This document shows, in pieces, positions 12,747 to 25,399 of a DNA stretch of 64,000 bases. The stretch covers positions 44,392,001 through 44,456,000 of the forward strand of contig NC_073384.1 in assembly GCF_028641065.1 (NCBI RefSeq), written 5' to 3'. This DNA is from Leucoraja erinacea. Taxonomy: Eukaryota. The notes beneath the pieces were generated by a model. That model was not told the origin of the DNA. It saw only the letters and a program-made list of their open reading frames with translations, and ran no database searches. Made by a program: the position numbers and the translations under genes. Each line of letters starts with the position of its first letter. Positions within the stretch are counted from its first letter, which is position 1.

Positions 12747-13894
12747 TGGATTGGATTTGGATTGGATTCAATTTATTGTCATTGTCTCATAAGAGACAAC
12801 AAACTGGACTTTCCTTATACAGGTGCACAACCTTTTAACATTTTCCGAAAAAGCACAAGATACAGAAGTCCACGACACAACATCCCCACAGCGGCACCAA
12901 AGTTCCCCACTGTGAGGGAAAGTCCCCAGTCAGCCTCCATGCTGATCGGGTCCCAGATGTTCACCCGCGTCGGGTAGCTCCGACCCCGAGCACCCTGTAG
13001 GCGCCGCTACGGCCCCAGCTGGCCCGATGTTCAGGCCCTGGGATACCAGCGGGGTGCGGGCAATGCCTTACCGGGGAAAGATGGAACCCCGAGCGTCGTT
13101 GTACGGGAGAACATGCAACCCTCAGCGGCCTGGATCCTCTAAATCAGCTCCGGAGCTTGCTGCACGGCCCCGGTAAGGCCACCGGTAGTCGCTGCGATGC
13201 CGCCGACTCCCGACGAACGTCCGGCCACAGGCTGAGCTGGGCGAAGATTCACGCCTGGTCGGAGCTCCAACTGGCGCCCCCGACAAAGGCTCAAAGAATT
13301 AAAGTTTCCCCCGCGATGTTGGTCATCCCTCCAAACTAACCGCGACTTGGGAGATCAGTCCGGGGAGGAGGCACAGCTCCGCGCTACCTACCTGTCGATG
13401 AAAGCATGTCCAAAATCCGACAAGTGTCTGGTCCCAAGGCTTTCGGATAAAAGGTTGGAGTCATAAAACAAAGGGTCCGATCCCCCAGGTGAGGCATCGA
13501 TCTTCCGAGATGTTTCACCCGTGGTCCGCGATGTTGAATCCTCAGCGGCCTGGCAAATCAGCCACCTCCCACCGGGAGCTCCACAGGCTGAGCTGGGTCG
13601 GTCCCCCCGACAAAGGCTCAAAGGACTCCGCGATGTTGGTCAGCGCCGGAGCTCAGTAAACCACAGCTCCCATGTCGATGCAGCAGGCCCAACACTCCGG
13701 TAGGTAGGTATCCAGCACTGCTGGAGCTCTGGTCGGTCCCGGCAGGAAAGGCCGCACGAATCCAGTAGGTAGGCCGCGAGGGGGGGGGGGGAGCGCGAGG
13801 ACGCGCCTCGAATAATAATCGCATCCTCTCCAGGAACCGACTGAAGTAAAATACTAAAGTGGTGGCTGCTCTGTTCCGTTGCGTACTGCCACTC
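12747..13894 (-). mobile_element. GC-rich non-coding retroposon nested inside the P element
   Basis: Minus-strand tail GACAATGACAATAAATTGAATCC(AATCC)n resembles the Rex-Babar tails at 21230 and 29890. CpG-rich body has an internal duplication (~13120-13330 vs ~13540-13640). Confidence 0.65.
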
Positions 13895-14009
13895 AGTGCA
13901 TTGAATGATTCAAGAGTGGTCAATCTTGCTCTGCTCTAGTGTCTTTGCTGCTGGCTGACATATACTAACTGAAAGATAACAAAACTTTTGGAATATTCAA
14001 TATCCCTGT

Positions 14010-14185
14010 TGCAGGTATAAAACTTGGTGAAGAGAAACTTCAGTAACAAATTCACAATCTCGTCTGCCGTGGCATTCCATGAGACATGACTAATGACATA
14101 ATCAGGATCATCTTCAAGAAATGAGTCAACTTTAATAGTGGGACTTCAGTAGGGCCTCCCTGCAATCTACCACAAAAGTCCCATA
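14010..14185 (+). mobile_element. Old RTE-like LINE RT remnant
   Basis: Degenerate match to a recalled IITIFKKG...GNYRGISL motif (atcatcttcaagaaa...gggacttcagtagggcctccctg). Confidence 0.35.
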
Positions 14186-15329
14186 CGCATGCTGCAAGTA
14201 TAGATCACTGAAGTGTTATAAATTAACTGCAGATTGTCTTATTACTCAATGATTAACATCTATAAACAGTTTAGAAAACAGTCAATTACAAAGATTATGA
14301 AAATAAAACAGTTTATAAAGTGCTCTCATAAACAATTGGCAAATGGTCCCCAAGTGCACTCTTATGAAAACATTGAACCCTCCGGCTCTATTACAATGGC
14401 CACGCTCTAATTTCACTCCTGCTATCGGGAAGACGGTATATCAGTCTAAAAACTGTAACCTCCAGATTCAAGAAAGGCTTCTTTCCACCAACCACCAGGC
14501 TCTTGAACTCTACAAACACCAACTAAACTATGAACTATGTGCTTTCAACTGTCTTGGTTGCAACTTGCAATCACCAACTCTAGGTGGCAACATGTAAAGC
14601 GATTGATGGCGACCCGTTGTAAGGAAGTGCTCATGACTCCAGAGGTGCTATGACTTCCTGCTTCCATGCTACTTCCAAGTCCATGCCCCTTGTCATTTCA
14701 GAGAGACAAGCCTGACAGGTTGCACACCAACTCAGTGCACATCCATATCAACTTTGTCAGGAAAGTGTCCTAATGTCATCTAAGTCCTCAGGTATAGTAT
14801 AAATGCACAGATGTTTCCTCCAATCAGTCCCTGAATCGGTCAGGCAGCATACTGGTTTATCTCTCCGGGATGTGTTCCCTCAGCCTAACCTGAGTCCCTC
14901 GTCCCTCTCAGTGCCACACTCTGAGGTGCTCTGTGGGACATCCGGGGCAATGATATATTGTGCTCATCACCATATTTCTATATTCCTTTGTCTCCACTGG
15001 TCCCCTCCCTCCAGTATCCCTGTGACTGCTCCTACTCCATCTCCTCCTCCTCATGCATGGAGAAATAATGTGATATCCCTTTTGGGTACATTTCACAAAA
15101 GAAAACACAGGACAATTGCACATGTAAGCAGTGCCAGAGGTACACTTATGCAGCATGGATGGCAGTGATGGTAGATACACAACCAAATCAAAGGGAATAC
15201 GGCAACCAAATTGTTAGTTAACATACTTGCAGATATGGATGTCACCTGTCAAACAACTGACACCCTTTTGTACTTTGCAGGTCCCATTTAAACATATGAT
15301 TCTGGGTATAAATTACAAGTTCATAAGTG

Positions 15330-16930
15330 ATAGAAACAGAAATAGGCCATTGGGCCGATCGAGTTTACTCCACAATTCAATCCTGGCTGATCTATCTTTC
15401 CCTCTCAACCTCATTTTCCTGCCTTCACCCCATAACCCCTGACACCTTTATTAATCAAGAATCTATCTATCTCTGCCTTAAAAATATACATTGACGGCCT
15501 CCAAAGACTTCTGCGGCAATGAATTCCGCAGATTCATCACCCTCTGACTAAAGAAATTCCTCCTCATCTCCTTTCTAAAGGAACGTCTGTTTATTATGAG
15601 GCTATGGCCTCTGGTCTTAGACACTCCCACTAGTGGAAATATCCTCTCCACATCCACTCTATCCGGGCCTTTCACTATTCAGTAAGTTTCAATGAGGTCC
15701 CCCCTCATCTTTCTAAATTGCAGCGAGTACATTCCCAGTGCGTCAAACGCTCATTATATGTTGACCTAATTATTCCTGGGATCATTCTTATAAACCTCCT
15801 CTGAACCTTCTCCAGCACCAGCACATCCTTCCTCAGATATGGGGCCCAAAATTGCTCACAATACTCCAAATGCAGTCTGACCAGCACCTTATAAAACCTC
15901 AGCATTACATCCCTGTTTTTATATTCTAGTCCTCTTGAAATAAATGCTAGCATTGCATTTGCCTTCCTTACTACCGATTCGACTTGCAAATAAACTTTTT
16001 GGGAATCCTGCACCAGCACTCCCAAGTCCCATTGCACCTCCGATTTCTGAATTCTCTGCCCATTTAGCAAATAGTCTACGCTTTTATTCTTACTACCAAA
16101 ATGCATATCTCCACACTTTGCTATGCTATATTCCATCTGCCACTTCTCTGCCCACTTTCCCCAACCTGTCCAAGTCCTTCTGCAGAGTCCTTGCTTTCTC
16201 TACACTACCTGCCCCTCCACCTATCATCGTACCATAGGCAAACTTGGCCACAGAGCCTTCAATCCCCTCATACAAATCATTGATAGACAATGTGAAGAGT
16301 TGTGGCCCCAGTACCAACCCCTGCGGAATACTGCTAGTCACTGGCAGCCAACCATTCCTTTATTGCCACTCTCTGCCTTCTGCCATCCAGCCAACTTGCT
16401 TTCCATGCTAGATTCTTCCCTCATATACCATGGGCTCTCATCCTCCTTAGCAGCCTCACGTCAGCACCTTATCAAATGCTTTGTGAAAATCTAGGTAAAC
16501 AACATCCACCACCTCCTGCACCCACACACAACTGACTGACTTCATCCACTTCACCACCAACTTCCATCCGGCACTCAAATACACCTGGACCATTTCCGAC
16601 ACTTCCTTACCATTCCTTGACCTCACCATCTCCATCGCAAGGGATAGACTTCTGACCGACATACACTACAAACCCACTGACACATGGCTATCTGGACTAC
16701 ATGTCTTCCCACCCTGCCCCCTGTAAGGACTCCATCCCCTACTCCCAATTCCTCCGCCTACGGCGCATCTGCTCCCAGGATTTTTTATTTTTTCTATAGA
16801 TGCTGCTGCACCCGCTGAGTTTCTCCAGCAATTTTGTGTACCATCCACTTACTTCTCCTTTGTCTATCCTGCTATTTACTTCCTCAGAAAATTCCAACAG
16901 GTTTGTCAAGTAAGATCTGTCCTTCACAAA
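15330..16930 (-). mobile_element. CR1 LINE (RT to 3' end), degenerate, interrupted at 16510-16841
   Basis: Minus ORFs LTNLLEFSEEVNSRIDKGE / VDVVYLDFHKAFDKV / IPQGLVLGPQLF / KFAYGT / LEYCEQFWAPYLRKD / FRKEMRRNFFSQRV. Confidence 0.9.
16510..16841 (+). mobile_element. Penelope RT fragment fused to its terminal repeat, inserted in CR1
   Basis: Translates DFIHFTTNFHPALKYTWTISDTSLPFLDLTI..TDIHYKPTD..YLDY..SHP..CKDSIPYSQFLRLRRICS (PLE RT). Flanked by CATCCAC at 16503-16509 and 16842-16848. Confidence 0.85.
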
Positions 16931-17609
16931 TCACTCCAACAATTTGTTAGATATGTTTTCGGTCATTTTCACCTTTTTGTGTGATTGAACCAATATGGAC
17001 CAAAAACCACATTGCATCAAAAATGTTGAATTTTAATTTATCAAGCTTTATCTCTGGAAATATCTGAGGCATTGTGCTTTAATAAATGTTATAGGTAATT
17101 TTCCAAAACTAGCCCTTCAAGAACTGTAGGCTTTGGCCATAATGATACTAGTACAAAACAGTCGTTGTGCCCATGTGACTGAGAAAACTTTGCAGAACAG
17201 ATTATTTAACACGTTTTGTAGTTTCACTTATAGCAACTAGATGGCACTGTTAACTTTCCAATGGTTTTGCAGCACTAACTGGCTGTTAGAACTATTTTTT
17301 ATTATTAGTTACAGTACAGAAGCTTCATCAATTTATTCCGCAGAGCTCAGTTCAACAAATAATATTAGCCCAAGGTAACTAATCTTAGCAGCCACTTGAT
17401 TTATTTTGGCTTGAAAAGTTATTTGGACATCACCTCAGTTTCTGATTGGCATAACTAAAACCAGTACAAAGAAAATATAAAAAATGTTCAGCTAATGTCT
17501 TAAAGCATTTAATTTTAGTGAAGAACATCACAGATCATGCCATTTCATTTACAGGCACTTTTACGTTCCAGTTTTCACCACCCTAACAAAGGAATAAAGA
17601 CAAAGAACA

Positions 17610-18275
17610 AAAAAAGACACAAAGTGCTGGGGTAACTCAGCAGGTCAGGCAACATAGCTGGAGAATTTAGATAGGAGGCTTTTCACCTTGAGACTTTTCT
17701 TGAGACAGATTTTGGTTGGGGACGAGAAAGGTGGTAGAGGGGTGAGGGTGGGACAAAGTCTGGCAAGTAATAGGTGGATACACTTGAGGGGAGGTTTTGA
17801 AAGGTAGCTAGATGGTTGGACAAAGACCAGAGATGAAAAGTGTGAGATAAGGATAGAAGAGGTATGACTTGTGAAGCCAGAGGAAAGAATGTTACAAAGG
17901 GATTTTGGAACGCTGTGCAGGATTCCCAAAAGTTAATTTGCAGGTTGAATTGGTAGTAAGGAAGGCAAATGCAATGTTAGCATTCATTTTGAGAAGATTA
18001 GACTATAAAAAGCAGGGATGTAATGCTGAGGCTTTATAAGACACTGGTCAGACCATATTTGGTGAGCAGTGACCACATAAAGTGAGCAGTTCTGGGCCCC
18101 AAATCTGAGGAGGGATGTGCTGGCGTTGGAGTAATCGAGAGGAGATTTATAAGAATGAATCTGATGAAGACTGGGATTCTTTGGGCAACTATTCATGTCC
18201 AGCAGGCATTGGCAGATAGAGCACAAGTGTTCGGCGAAACGGTCGCCTAGTCTACACTTGGTCTCGCCAAGCAAA
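17610..18275. mobile_element. Penelope fragments (-) around a CR1 fragment (+, ~17910-18160)
   Basis: Minus ORF GETKCRLGDRFAEHL (GIY-YIG); terminal repeat at 17615-17700; CR1 'aggaaggcaaatgcaatgttagc' on +. Confidence 0.7.
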
Positions 18276-18809
18276 ATACAAAGAGCACCTGTGATATATG
18301 CAAAAATTCAGTATTTGATAATATGACAATTTACAATTATAGTTTTTTTTTAACTTTTAAAAAGCCTGGCACAACAGTCTGTCTCCTGATTCAATTTGGA
18401 AATTAATAGGCTGCCTGGCAGGATATGAAGGATTGGGCTGGAATGGTGAAGGGTAGTTGTTCCTTTGTCTGGTGAAGGAAAAAGATCTCGCAATTGGGTT
18501 GGTGGCAAAAGTTGGCCTCATGACTGAAATGTATTTTGCAACAGATTGGTTAGTTTGTGGGTACAAGATAAGATTTTAACTTGAGGAAGATCAACAGCTG
18601 AGGCTTAATCAGGCAGGTTCCTTTCAAGTTATGCCTTGTGTGCTGTGAATGCATGGTTCTGTATGAATGGTCAATACTATCTATAGGCCACAGATATGTG
18701 GACCAAAAATATAGATTTTTCTAAAGGATGGTAACTATTATCCCGAGTTAGGCTCCAGTTAAGCTCCAGCCTTAGTGACAGCTCTGCCGTTCACCACCTG
18801 AACCTGCAG

Positions 18810-19400
18810 AGATGATAAACACAGCCCAGTCCATCACGGGCTTGTCACTTCCTTCCATCCAGCATCTTCATAGCATGTTGCATCGGGAAGGCTGGATGCC
18901 TTCCACCCTGGCCATTCCCCTTTCTTTCTGCTACCTTCTGGGAGAAGATACATGAGTTTGAAAGACTGGATGTCCAGGCTTAAAAACTGCATTTACCCCA
19001 CTGTTATCAAACTTCTGAACCAATCACCCCTTTCACACTCCCTTCCTGGAGGTGCTGCTACATACATTTACTTAATTCTACCTCATTCAGCTATTCTGTT
19101 ATTGTACTTTGGTGATTTTGTGCACTACTTCAGATTGCTGGACAGTTTTGCACTGTTTAGTTAAGTTTAGTTTAGAGATACAGTGTGGAAACAGGCCATA
19201 CGGCCCACCGGGTCCGTGCCGACCAGCGATCACCCGTACACTAGTTCTATCCTACACACTAGGTACTAGGTACAATTTACAGAAGTCAATTAATCTACAA
19301 ACCTGTATCTATCATTGTCCTGTATATTATTTTCTCCATGTGCTTCACGCAAAAAAGGAGTTTCAGTACACCCTGGAGTATATGACAGTAAAATACACTT
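18810..19400 (+). mobile_element. Rex1/Babar LINE 3' remnant with a partial V-SINE tail (-, ~19155-19310)
   Basis: LPSGRRY..SRLKNCIYPTVIKLLN motif; 'gtttagagatacagtgtggaaacaggcc' SINE tail. Confidence 0.6.
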
Positions 19401-21229
19401 AATCTGAAAGAAAATACCCACTGGTGACTATTGTTCACTGGAAAGCTTTCTGACTCCTGAGAGAATATGGATCTTCTCCGCACGCCCACCTAAGCAATTG
19501 ACCACACGCTATCCCAGGCCACTTAAGATGGCATCAAAGTGCTTCAATGCTTTTTTAGTGTTTGCTTCCTATAGCCATTTTTCAAAACATTTTTCAAAAT
19601 TTATGAGTTTTAATGCTATTATTTTGGCAAAGCACAAACTTACGATATAATGCCTTTTTATTCAGTTTTGTATCATTATTGATTATAATTCTGCAGGATT
19701 GATAATTTTCTGGAAACTATTAAAAACTCTGCTTTAAATAGTGTGCCAAAACGATCGCAAAAAACGCATATGCTGCATAATTTATTAATGCTGATTCATT
19801 TCAATGGATATCAATATTCGAGAGCACAGAAAATTACTAATAACATGCACACATCTCACACTGAAATTAATTTAAAAATACAGGTCAACCTTGCAATTGT
19901 TTACATTTTCTAAATATAGCTTTGTTTCCTATTCTGAATCTCTGGCTCCATTTTTCTTTTCATTGTGAATTGTGATTAAAGATCATGGTTGCAACAGTTT
20001 GCACTGCAGTAACTCACCAAAACTCTTTGGACATCACCTTCCAAAAGCATACAACCTCTGTCAGTTACAAGCGCAGTCAACAAAAGCATGGAAACACCAC
20101 TACCTGGAAATTGCCCTCCGTCATACACCATCCAGGGTTAGAAATATATCACCGTTCCTTCACAGGCATTGTGTTAAAATCCTATAAACCCCCTCCTAAT
20201 TGCATTGAGAATGCAAGGATTAAGCACGTCAAGAATTGCAGCAGTACACCACCATTTTCTCAAGGGCATTTAGGGTTGGGAATTAAATGCAACATCCCTT
20301 GAATAAATAAAAAATATTATATAATTTAGCAATTTTATTGACAACTTATTGAACTGAAGTTGCTTCAAACACTATTGGAATACAGATTCAACTGCAGGAA
20401 CATTGGAGACAATGGATATTTAATGATTGCAAGGTTTCAGAATGTTTTCCCAATAGATCAAGACATTTTTTCTATGACAAGAAAACTTGACCACAATTAG
20501 ATATGTTACCAGTCAAGTCAGAAAACTCATGAGGTAAGATTAAAATGCATAAAAGTGGGGAAAGGCTACAAAAATTAGCAAGGATAATTTAAAGTTCAAA
20601 AATTGGTTAATTGGAGAACGGTTAAAAAAGGCCAGTGTGAAGCTTTGATACTTTCATACTGAAATTTTTGATTCTTGCAAGTGATATTAATGGAGCCTAA
20701 TGATTGCTTAAAGATAAATCAGGCAACTTGATGATCACTGAGCAAGGCAAATGGTATGGAATTTCTGTTCCTGTTTTCCTCTGTGAACACGAGTCTTACC
20801 AACAATTCCAAAGGAGCCTACCATCAAAAAGTTTTTTTTTAAAAGCATACTTTATTACATACTTATAAACTGAGGTGTAAGCACATCTCTATAATTATAA
20901 AACTGTGTGTGTGTGTTTGTGTGTGTGATCACATCTTCTCAAAAAAACAACGCGCAAACGGTAACATTTTTACATATTCCGGCATCGATTCCGAAATCAT
21001 CATTTCTGAAAAATTCATGCATTATTTCTCGAGTTATTAATCAAAATGTTCACAAATCTGAAGAAACGTTGAAAAAAAATCAGCTGGCTTTGGCTGATGA
21101 CATCACAATGGATCTGCCTGCCTACCGTCCTTGCTCGCGCTGCGAGTGACATCACCCCCCCCCCCCCCCCCCCCCCCACCCCTCCCTACCTCCCCGTTAT
21201 TCAAAAGTTGGCCATCAACTGAAGAACAA

Positions 21230-22163
21230 AGATTCAGATTCAGATTCAATTTTAATTGTCATTGTCAGTGTACAGTACAGAGACAACGGAATGCATTTAG
21301 CATCTCCCTGGAAGATGGACAGACTCAATGGAGGGGAGCGAGAAACCGGGGATGCGTTGGGCAATTTTCACCACCCTCTGCAATGCCTTCCGGTCGGAGA
21401 CAGAGCAGTTGCCATACCATACTGTGATGCAGTTGGTAAGGATGCTCTCGATGGTGCAGCGGTAGAAGTTCACCAGGATCTGAGGAGACAGATGGACCTT
21501 CCTCAGTCTCCTCAGGAAGAAGAGACACTGGTGAGCCTTCTTGACCAGAGTTGAGGTATTGTGGGTCCAAGAGAGGTCATCGGAGATGTTGACTCCCAGG
21601 AACCTGAAGCTAGAAACACGTTCCACCTCCGTCCCGTTAATGTGGATGGGGGTGTGCGTGCCGCCTCTGGACTTCCTGAAGTTTACAATGAGCTCCTTGG
21701 TCTTCTTGGAGTTAAGGGCCAGGTTGTTGTCAGTGCACCATGCTGCTAAGTGCTGGACCTCCTCCCTGTAGGCCGACTCATCGTTGTTGCTGATGAGGCC
21801 AATCACCGTTGTATCATCTGCATACTTGATGATGGTGTTAGTACCATGTACAGGTGTGCAGTCATAGGTGAAGAGGGAGTAGAGGAGGGGGCTCAGCACA
21901 CAGCCCTGTGGAACGCCGGTGTTCAGGGTGAGGGTTGAAGAGGTGTGCTTGTCTAACCTAACAGACTGGGGTCTGTTGGTTAGAAAGTCCAGTATCCAGT
22001 TGCAGAGGGAGGGGTCGATGCCCAGGTTACCGAGTTTGGTGATCAGTTTTGATGGTATAATGGTGTTGAATGCTGAGCTGTAATCGATGAACAGCATTCT
22101 TACGTAAGTGGCTCTGTTGTCGAGGTGGGAGAGGGCGGAGTGAAGTGCCGTTGAGATGGCATC
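21230..22163 (-). mobile_element. Rex1/Babar LINE, 5'-truncated, with ~200-bp internal 3' deletion
   Basis: ORF 21297-22097: [50 protein letters not shown]; (TGAATC)n tail. Confidence 0.92.
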
Positions 22164-22299
22164 TCAAAAAAATCATCTCAAAAGATCATAGCTGAAGACT
22201 GCCTGCATTCCACGCGCTGCGAGTGAATGTCGAACAAGTCGGGCCCTGTACTAGAGCTCTCGGGTCCGTGTCTGGTCGGGTCAGTCTCGGATCGGGTTC

Positions 22300-22672
22300 C
22301 TCTCCCGCTCCCCTCCTGCTCCTCTCCCCCCATCCTCCTCCTCTCCCCCCTGCCCTACCCTCCCTGGCTTCTCTCCTCTCCACCCCTCCTCTACCCCACA
22401 TTCCACCCCTCCCTCTACCCCCCCTCTCCCCCCTCCCTCCTCCCCCCTCCCCCCCCTCTCTCCCCCCCTTCCCTCCCTCCCCCCCTCTCTCCTCTCCTCC
22501 CCTTCCCTCCCTCCCTCCCTCCACCAGCTCCTCCTCCCCCCTCCTCCCTCCCTCCCCCTCCCCCCCCTACCCCCCCCCTCCTCCCCCCCCCTCCCCCCCC
22601 TTCACCCCCCCCCCTCTCTCCCCCCCCCCCCCCCCCCCTCCTCCCCTCCCCCCCCCCCCATCCTCCTCCCCT
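22300..22672. repeat. C/T-rich low-complexity tract (G-quadruplex potential on - strand)
   Basis: Nearly pure C/T with many C-runs; generates spurious Pro- and Gly-rich ORFs. Confidence 0.9.
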
Positions 22673-23017
22673 GACCTCTAGATCATGATTTCCTTCACCT
22701 AAGGAAATTACCTTGTGCATTAACCATATCTATTCCCCTCATGATTTTATACACCTCTATAAGATCCAATGGTACTAATGGTATACCTTCTCCTGCAAGA
22801 CCAAGGAAAATGTGTCAGTGAGTATCACATACTGTTTTTGCCTAACATGGACATCAATGCTGAATAGCTGGAAGGGTGACAAGCTATAAAAATGTGTGAG
22901 ACTTGGAGATGGGAGAAGTGTGAGAAAAATGTGTTGAAACATATTTTATGCCAAGATGGCCCCCTCACCCACATCTCATCTGAATCCCATAGTTTTGCTC
23001 TCACTCCCGTCAGCATA

Positions 23018-24125
23018 GACGGAATATAGAGTTCCTCTGGTCTTCACTTTTCACCCCATCCGCCACCCTATCCAACACATCATCCTCCGACATTTCCATC
23101 ACCTCCAATGTGATTCCACCACGTCACATCTTCCAATCCCCACCCCTTTCCGCAGAGACAGCTCCGTCCACAACTCCTTGGTTCATTCCCAGCCCAAATA
23201 ACCCTTCCCCCAGGTACTTACCCCTGCAACAGCTAGAGCTGTAACACCTGTCCCTATTCCTCTTTCCTCACCTCTCAACCCGGTTTCTGATGTGGCTTCC
23301 TGTACATCAGTAAGGCCAAGTGTAGAATCGGCGGCTGTTTCTCCATACACCAATTTAACTCCTTTTCCCATTCCTATATGGACCTTTCCAGAGTGAGGCC
23401 ACACGCAAACTGAAGGAAAAAAACTTCATATTCTGCTTGGGCAGCTTACAACCCAAGTATGAACACCGAATTCTTCAATTTAGGGTATACTAATCCTTCC
23501 CGGTCTCCCTTCTTCCTCCCAACATACCCCCTCCCCCTCCCCATAGTCTCCCCTGTGTCCCACCTGGACCCATATCTATTTCTCCCCTCCCCCTCTCCTT
23601 CATCTGCTATTCTTTCCTCTTGCTTTACGAGAGTTAGATTTAGCTCTTTGGGCTAAAGGAATCAAGGGATATAGGGAAAAAGCAGGAACGAGGTACTGAT
23701 TTTAGATGATCAGCCATGATCATATTGAATAGCGGTGCTTACTCGAAGGGCCGAATGGCCTACTCCTGCACCTATTTTTCTATGTTTCTATGCAATTCAC
23801 AACACTTCAATCTTTTTGTCCCACACCTTCTGTATTTCCTTCTCTGGCCTTTGTCCACATCTCCCTATCAACCCTTCTCCCCTTCCCTCACACACATACA
23901 AACACCTGTATAAGCATATTACTTGTCAGGCTTTGTCCTCCCTCTTCTCTCTTCCAACTTTCTCTCCGAGAAGATGCCGAGAAGTGTGTTCAGCTCTGGA
24001 ACAACTTCTAATCTTGCATGTGGACTCGATAAGAAGATCTCCAGAGATGCTGCCCGAACCACTGAGCCACTCCAGCATTTTTTGTCTTTGTTTTGTAAAC
24101 CAGCATCTTCAGTTCCTTGTATCCA
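23018..24125 (+). mobile_element. Penelope 3' fragment with a nested CR1 tail (~23630-23792)
   Basis: RVPLVFTFHP-like start; 'cagagtgaggccacacgcaaactga' endonuclease tail; terminal repeat 24040-24125; CR1 tail tttctatgtttctatg. Confidence 0.7.
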
Positions 24126-24364
24126 CAATATCATGCCAAGTCCTGACTGATGGAAATTGTTGGTAGGTGAATGAGGAGGCTGATGTATTTCATCGTGCAG
24201 GTTGAGAGGTTAGAAGTTCACTTATAGATGACATTTGACGTAAAATTTAGTGACACAGTGATGAGATTACAGAAATACTTGAAACATTGCAATCATATCA
24301 ATTGGCAACACAGTTGACACCAGGATGCCCTCCCATTGATTACTCTGCTTTAGTAATTTTGATT

Positions 24365-24545
24365 TTGGAATAAATATTGATCAAGGTATTTTTAACAATA
24401 TCCTTGCTCTGCATCAGACAATGCCAGGACTTTTTATGCCCCACCTCCCCGAGAGATCCCTCAATGATATAGAATTGTCAAGTTGTGTGTTCAGGTTTCT
24501 GGAGTGGCACTTGAACACAAAAAAGACTAACCTGGAGGCAAATGT
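24365..24545 (-). mobile_element. Ancient DeuSINE (SacSINE1/AmnSINE1-like) remnant
   Basis: Degenerate resemblance to a recalled consensus (tgctct..atgccagga.tttt.atg.ccacct; tctggagtgg.acttgaac). Confidence 0.45.
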
Positions 24546-25399
24546 TTTTCCAATTAACGCATGGAGTGTGTAAGTGCTCTTTTATTTCTGAGAAAACATC
24601 ACCTGGTAATTTCAGACCTTTCAGCTTAATCTCAGTGATAGTGAAGATATAGGAAAGAAATCTGAGGGACAGAATGAATGATCATTTGGAAAGGACAGAT
24701 CTCATCTGAGATATGGTCTACCTATGATAAAGCCATATCAGAACAATCTGACTGAAAATTTTGAAGAGATAAAAAAGTAAATGAATGAGGATAATGTAGC
24801 AGTGGCCATTGATGTGGACATAATTTAGGCCTTTGACTGCCTCAAAAGATTAGAGGCCACATGGAATCCAGGTTTAACAGATTAGATTTATAATATTTAT
24901 GAATGGCGGTGCAGGCTCGAAGGGCCGAATGGCCAACTCCTGCACCTAATTTCTATGTTTCTATCCCTTGAGTTTATAACAATGCGAAATAATTTTATTT
25001 AAACATATGAAGTTGTCACAGCATTAAACTATTTGTTAGATTTATGTTTCCCTGTTCTGGAGCTGTTTTCTCAGAATTCATTGCCTTGTCACTGTTCTGA
25101 ATTCTGATCCCTAATTTTGATAATGAGATGAGAAGATATTTCTTCACCCAGCGAGTATTAAATCATTGAAATTCTCGACCCAAATGAATTGTGGAAGCTC
25201 AATCACTGAGTAAATGCAAGAAAAAAAATTGGTGTATTTTTTTTTAAACATATTGTGATTTATGGAGAGAAGTGGCACAAGATAAGGATCAGCCACATTC
25301 TTGTAGATAGTACACGAGGTTGAATGGTCTACTACTGTTTCTATTGCTAATGCTCTTTATCCCGAAGATATTGGTTGAAAGGGGAATTAGCAGCGGTGA

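Larger units (their letters stand above)
10610..13947 (+). mobile_element. P-element-superfamily DNA transposon, internally deleted and non-autonomous
   Basis: Left TIR CAAAGATACTAGAGCAAGAGCAAGATAGACC (10610-10640). Right TIR reverse complement CAAAGACACTAGAGCAGAGCAAGATTGACC (13918-13947). Perfect 8-bp TSD CTGCTGGC at 10602-10609 and 13948-13955. Contains a THAP-transposase remnant. Confidence 0.92.
20886..22681 (+). mobile_element. Non-autonomous Helitron-like element (5' end clear, 3' end uncertain) interrupted by a Rex-Babar LINE
   Basis: A|TCTCTATAATTATAAAAC 5' terminus followed by (TG)n. Internal repeat gcgctgcgagtga on both sides of the LINE (~21137 and ~22214). Confidence 0.55.

Noticed and set aside
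22186-22720. Pro-rich and Gly-rich ORFs of 100-150 aa
   Set aside because: By-products of the C-rich low-complexity tract.
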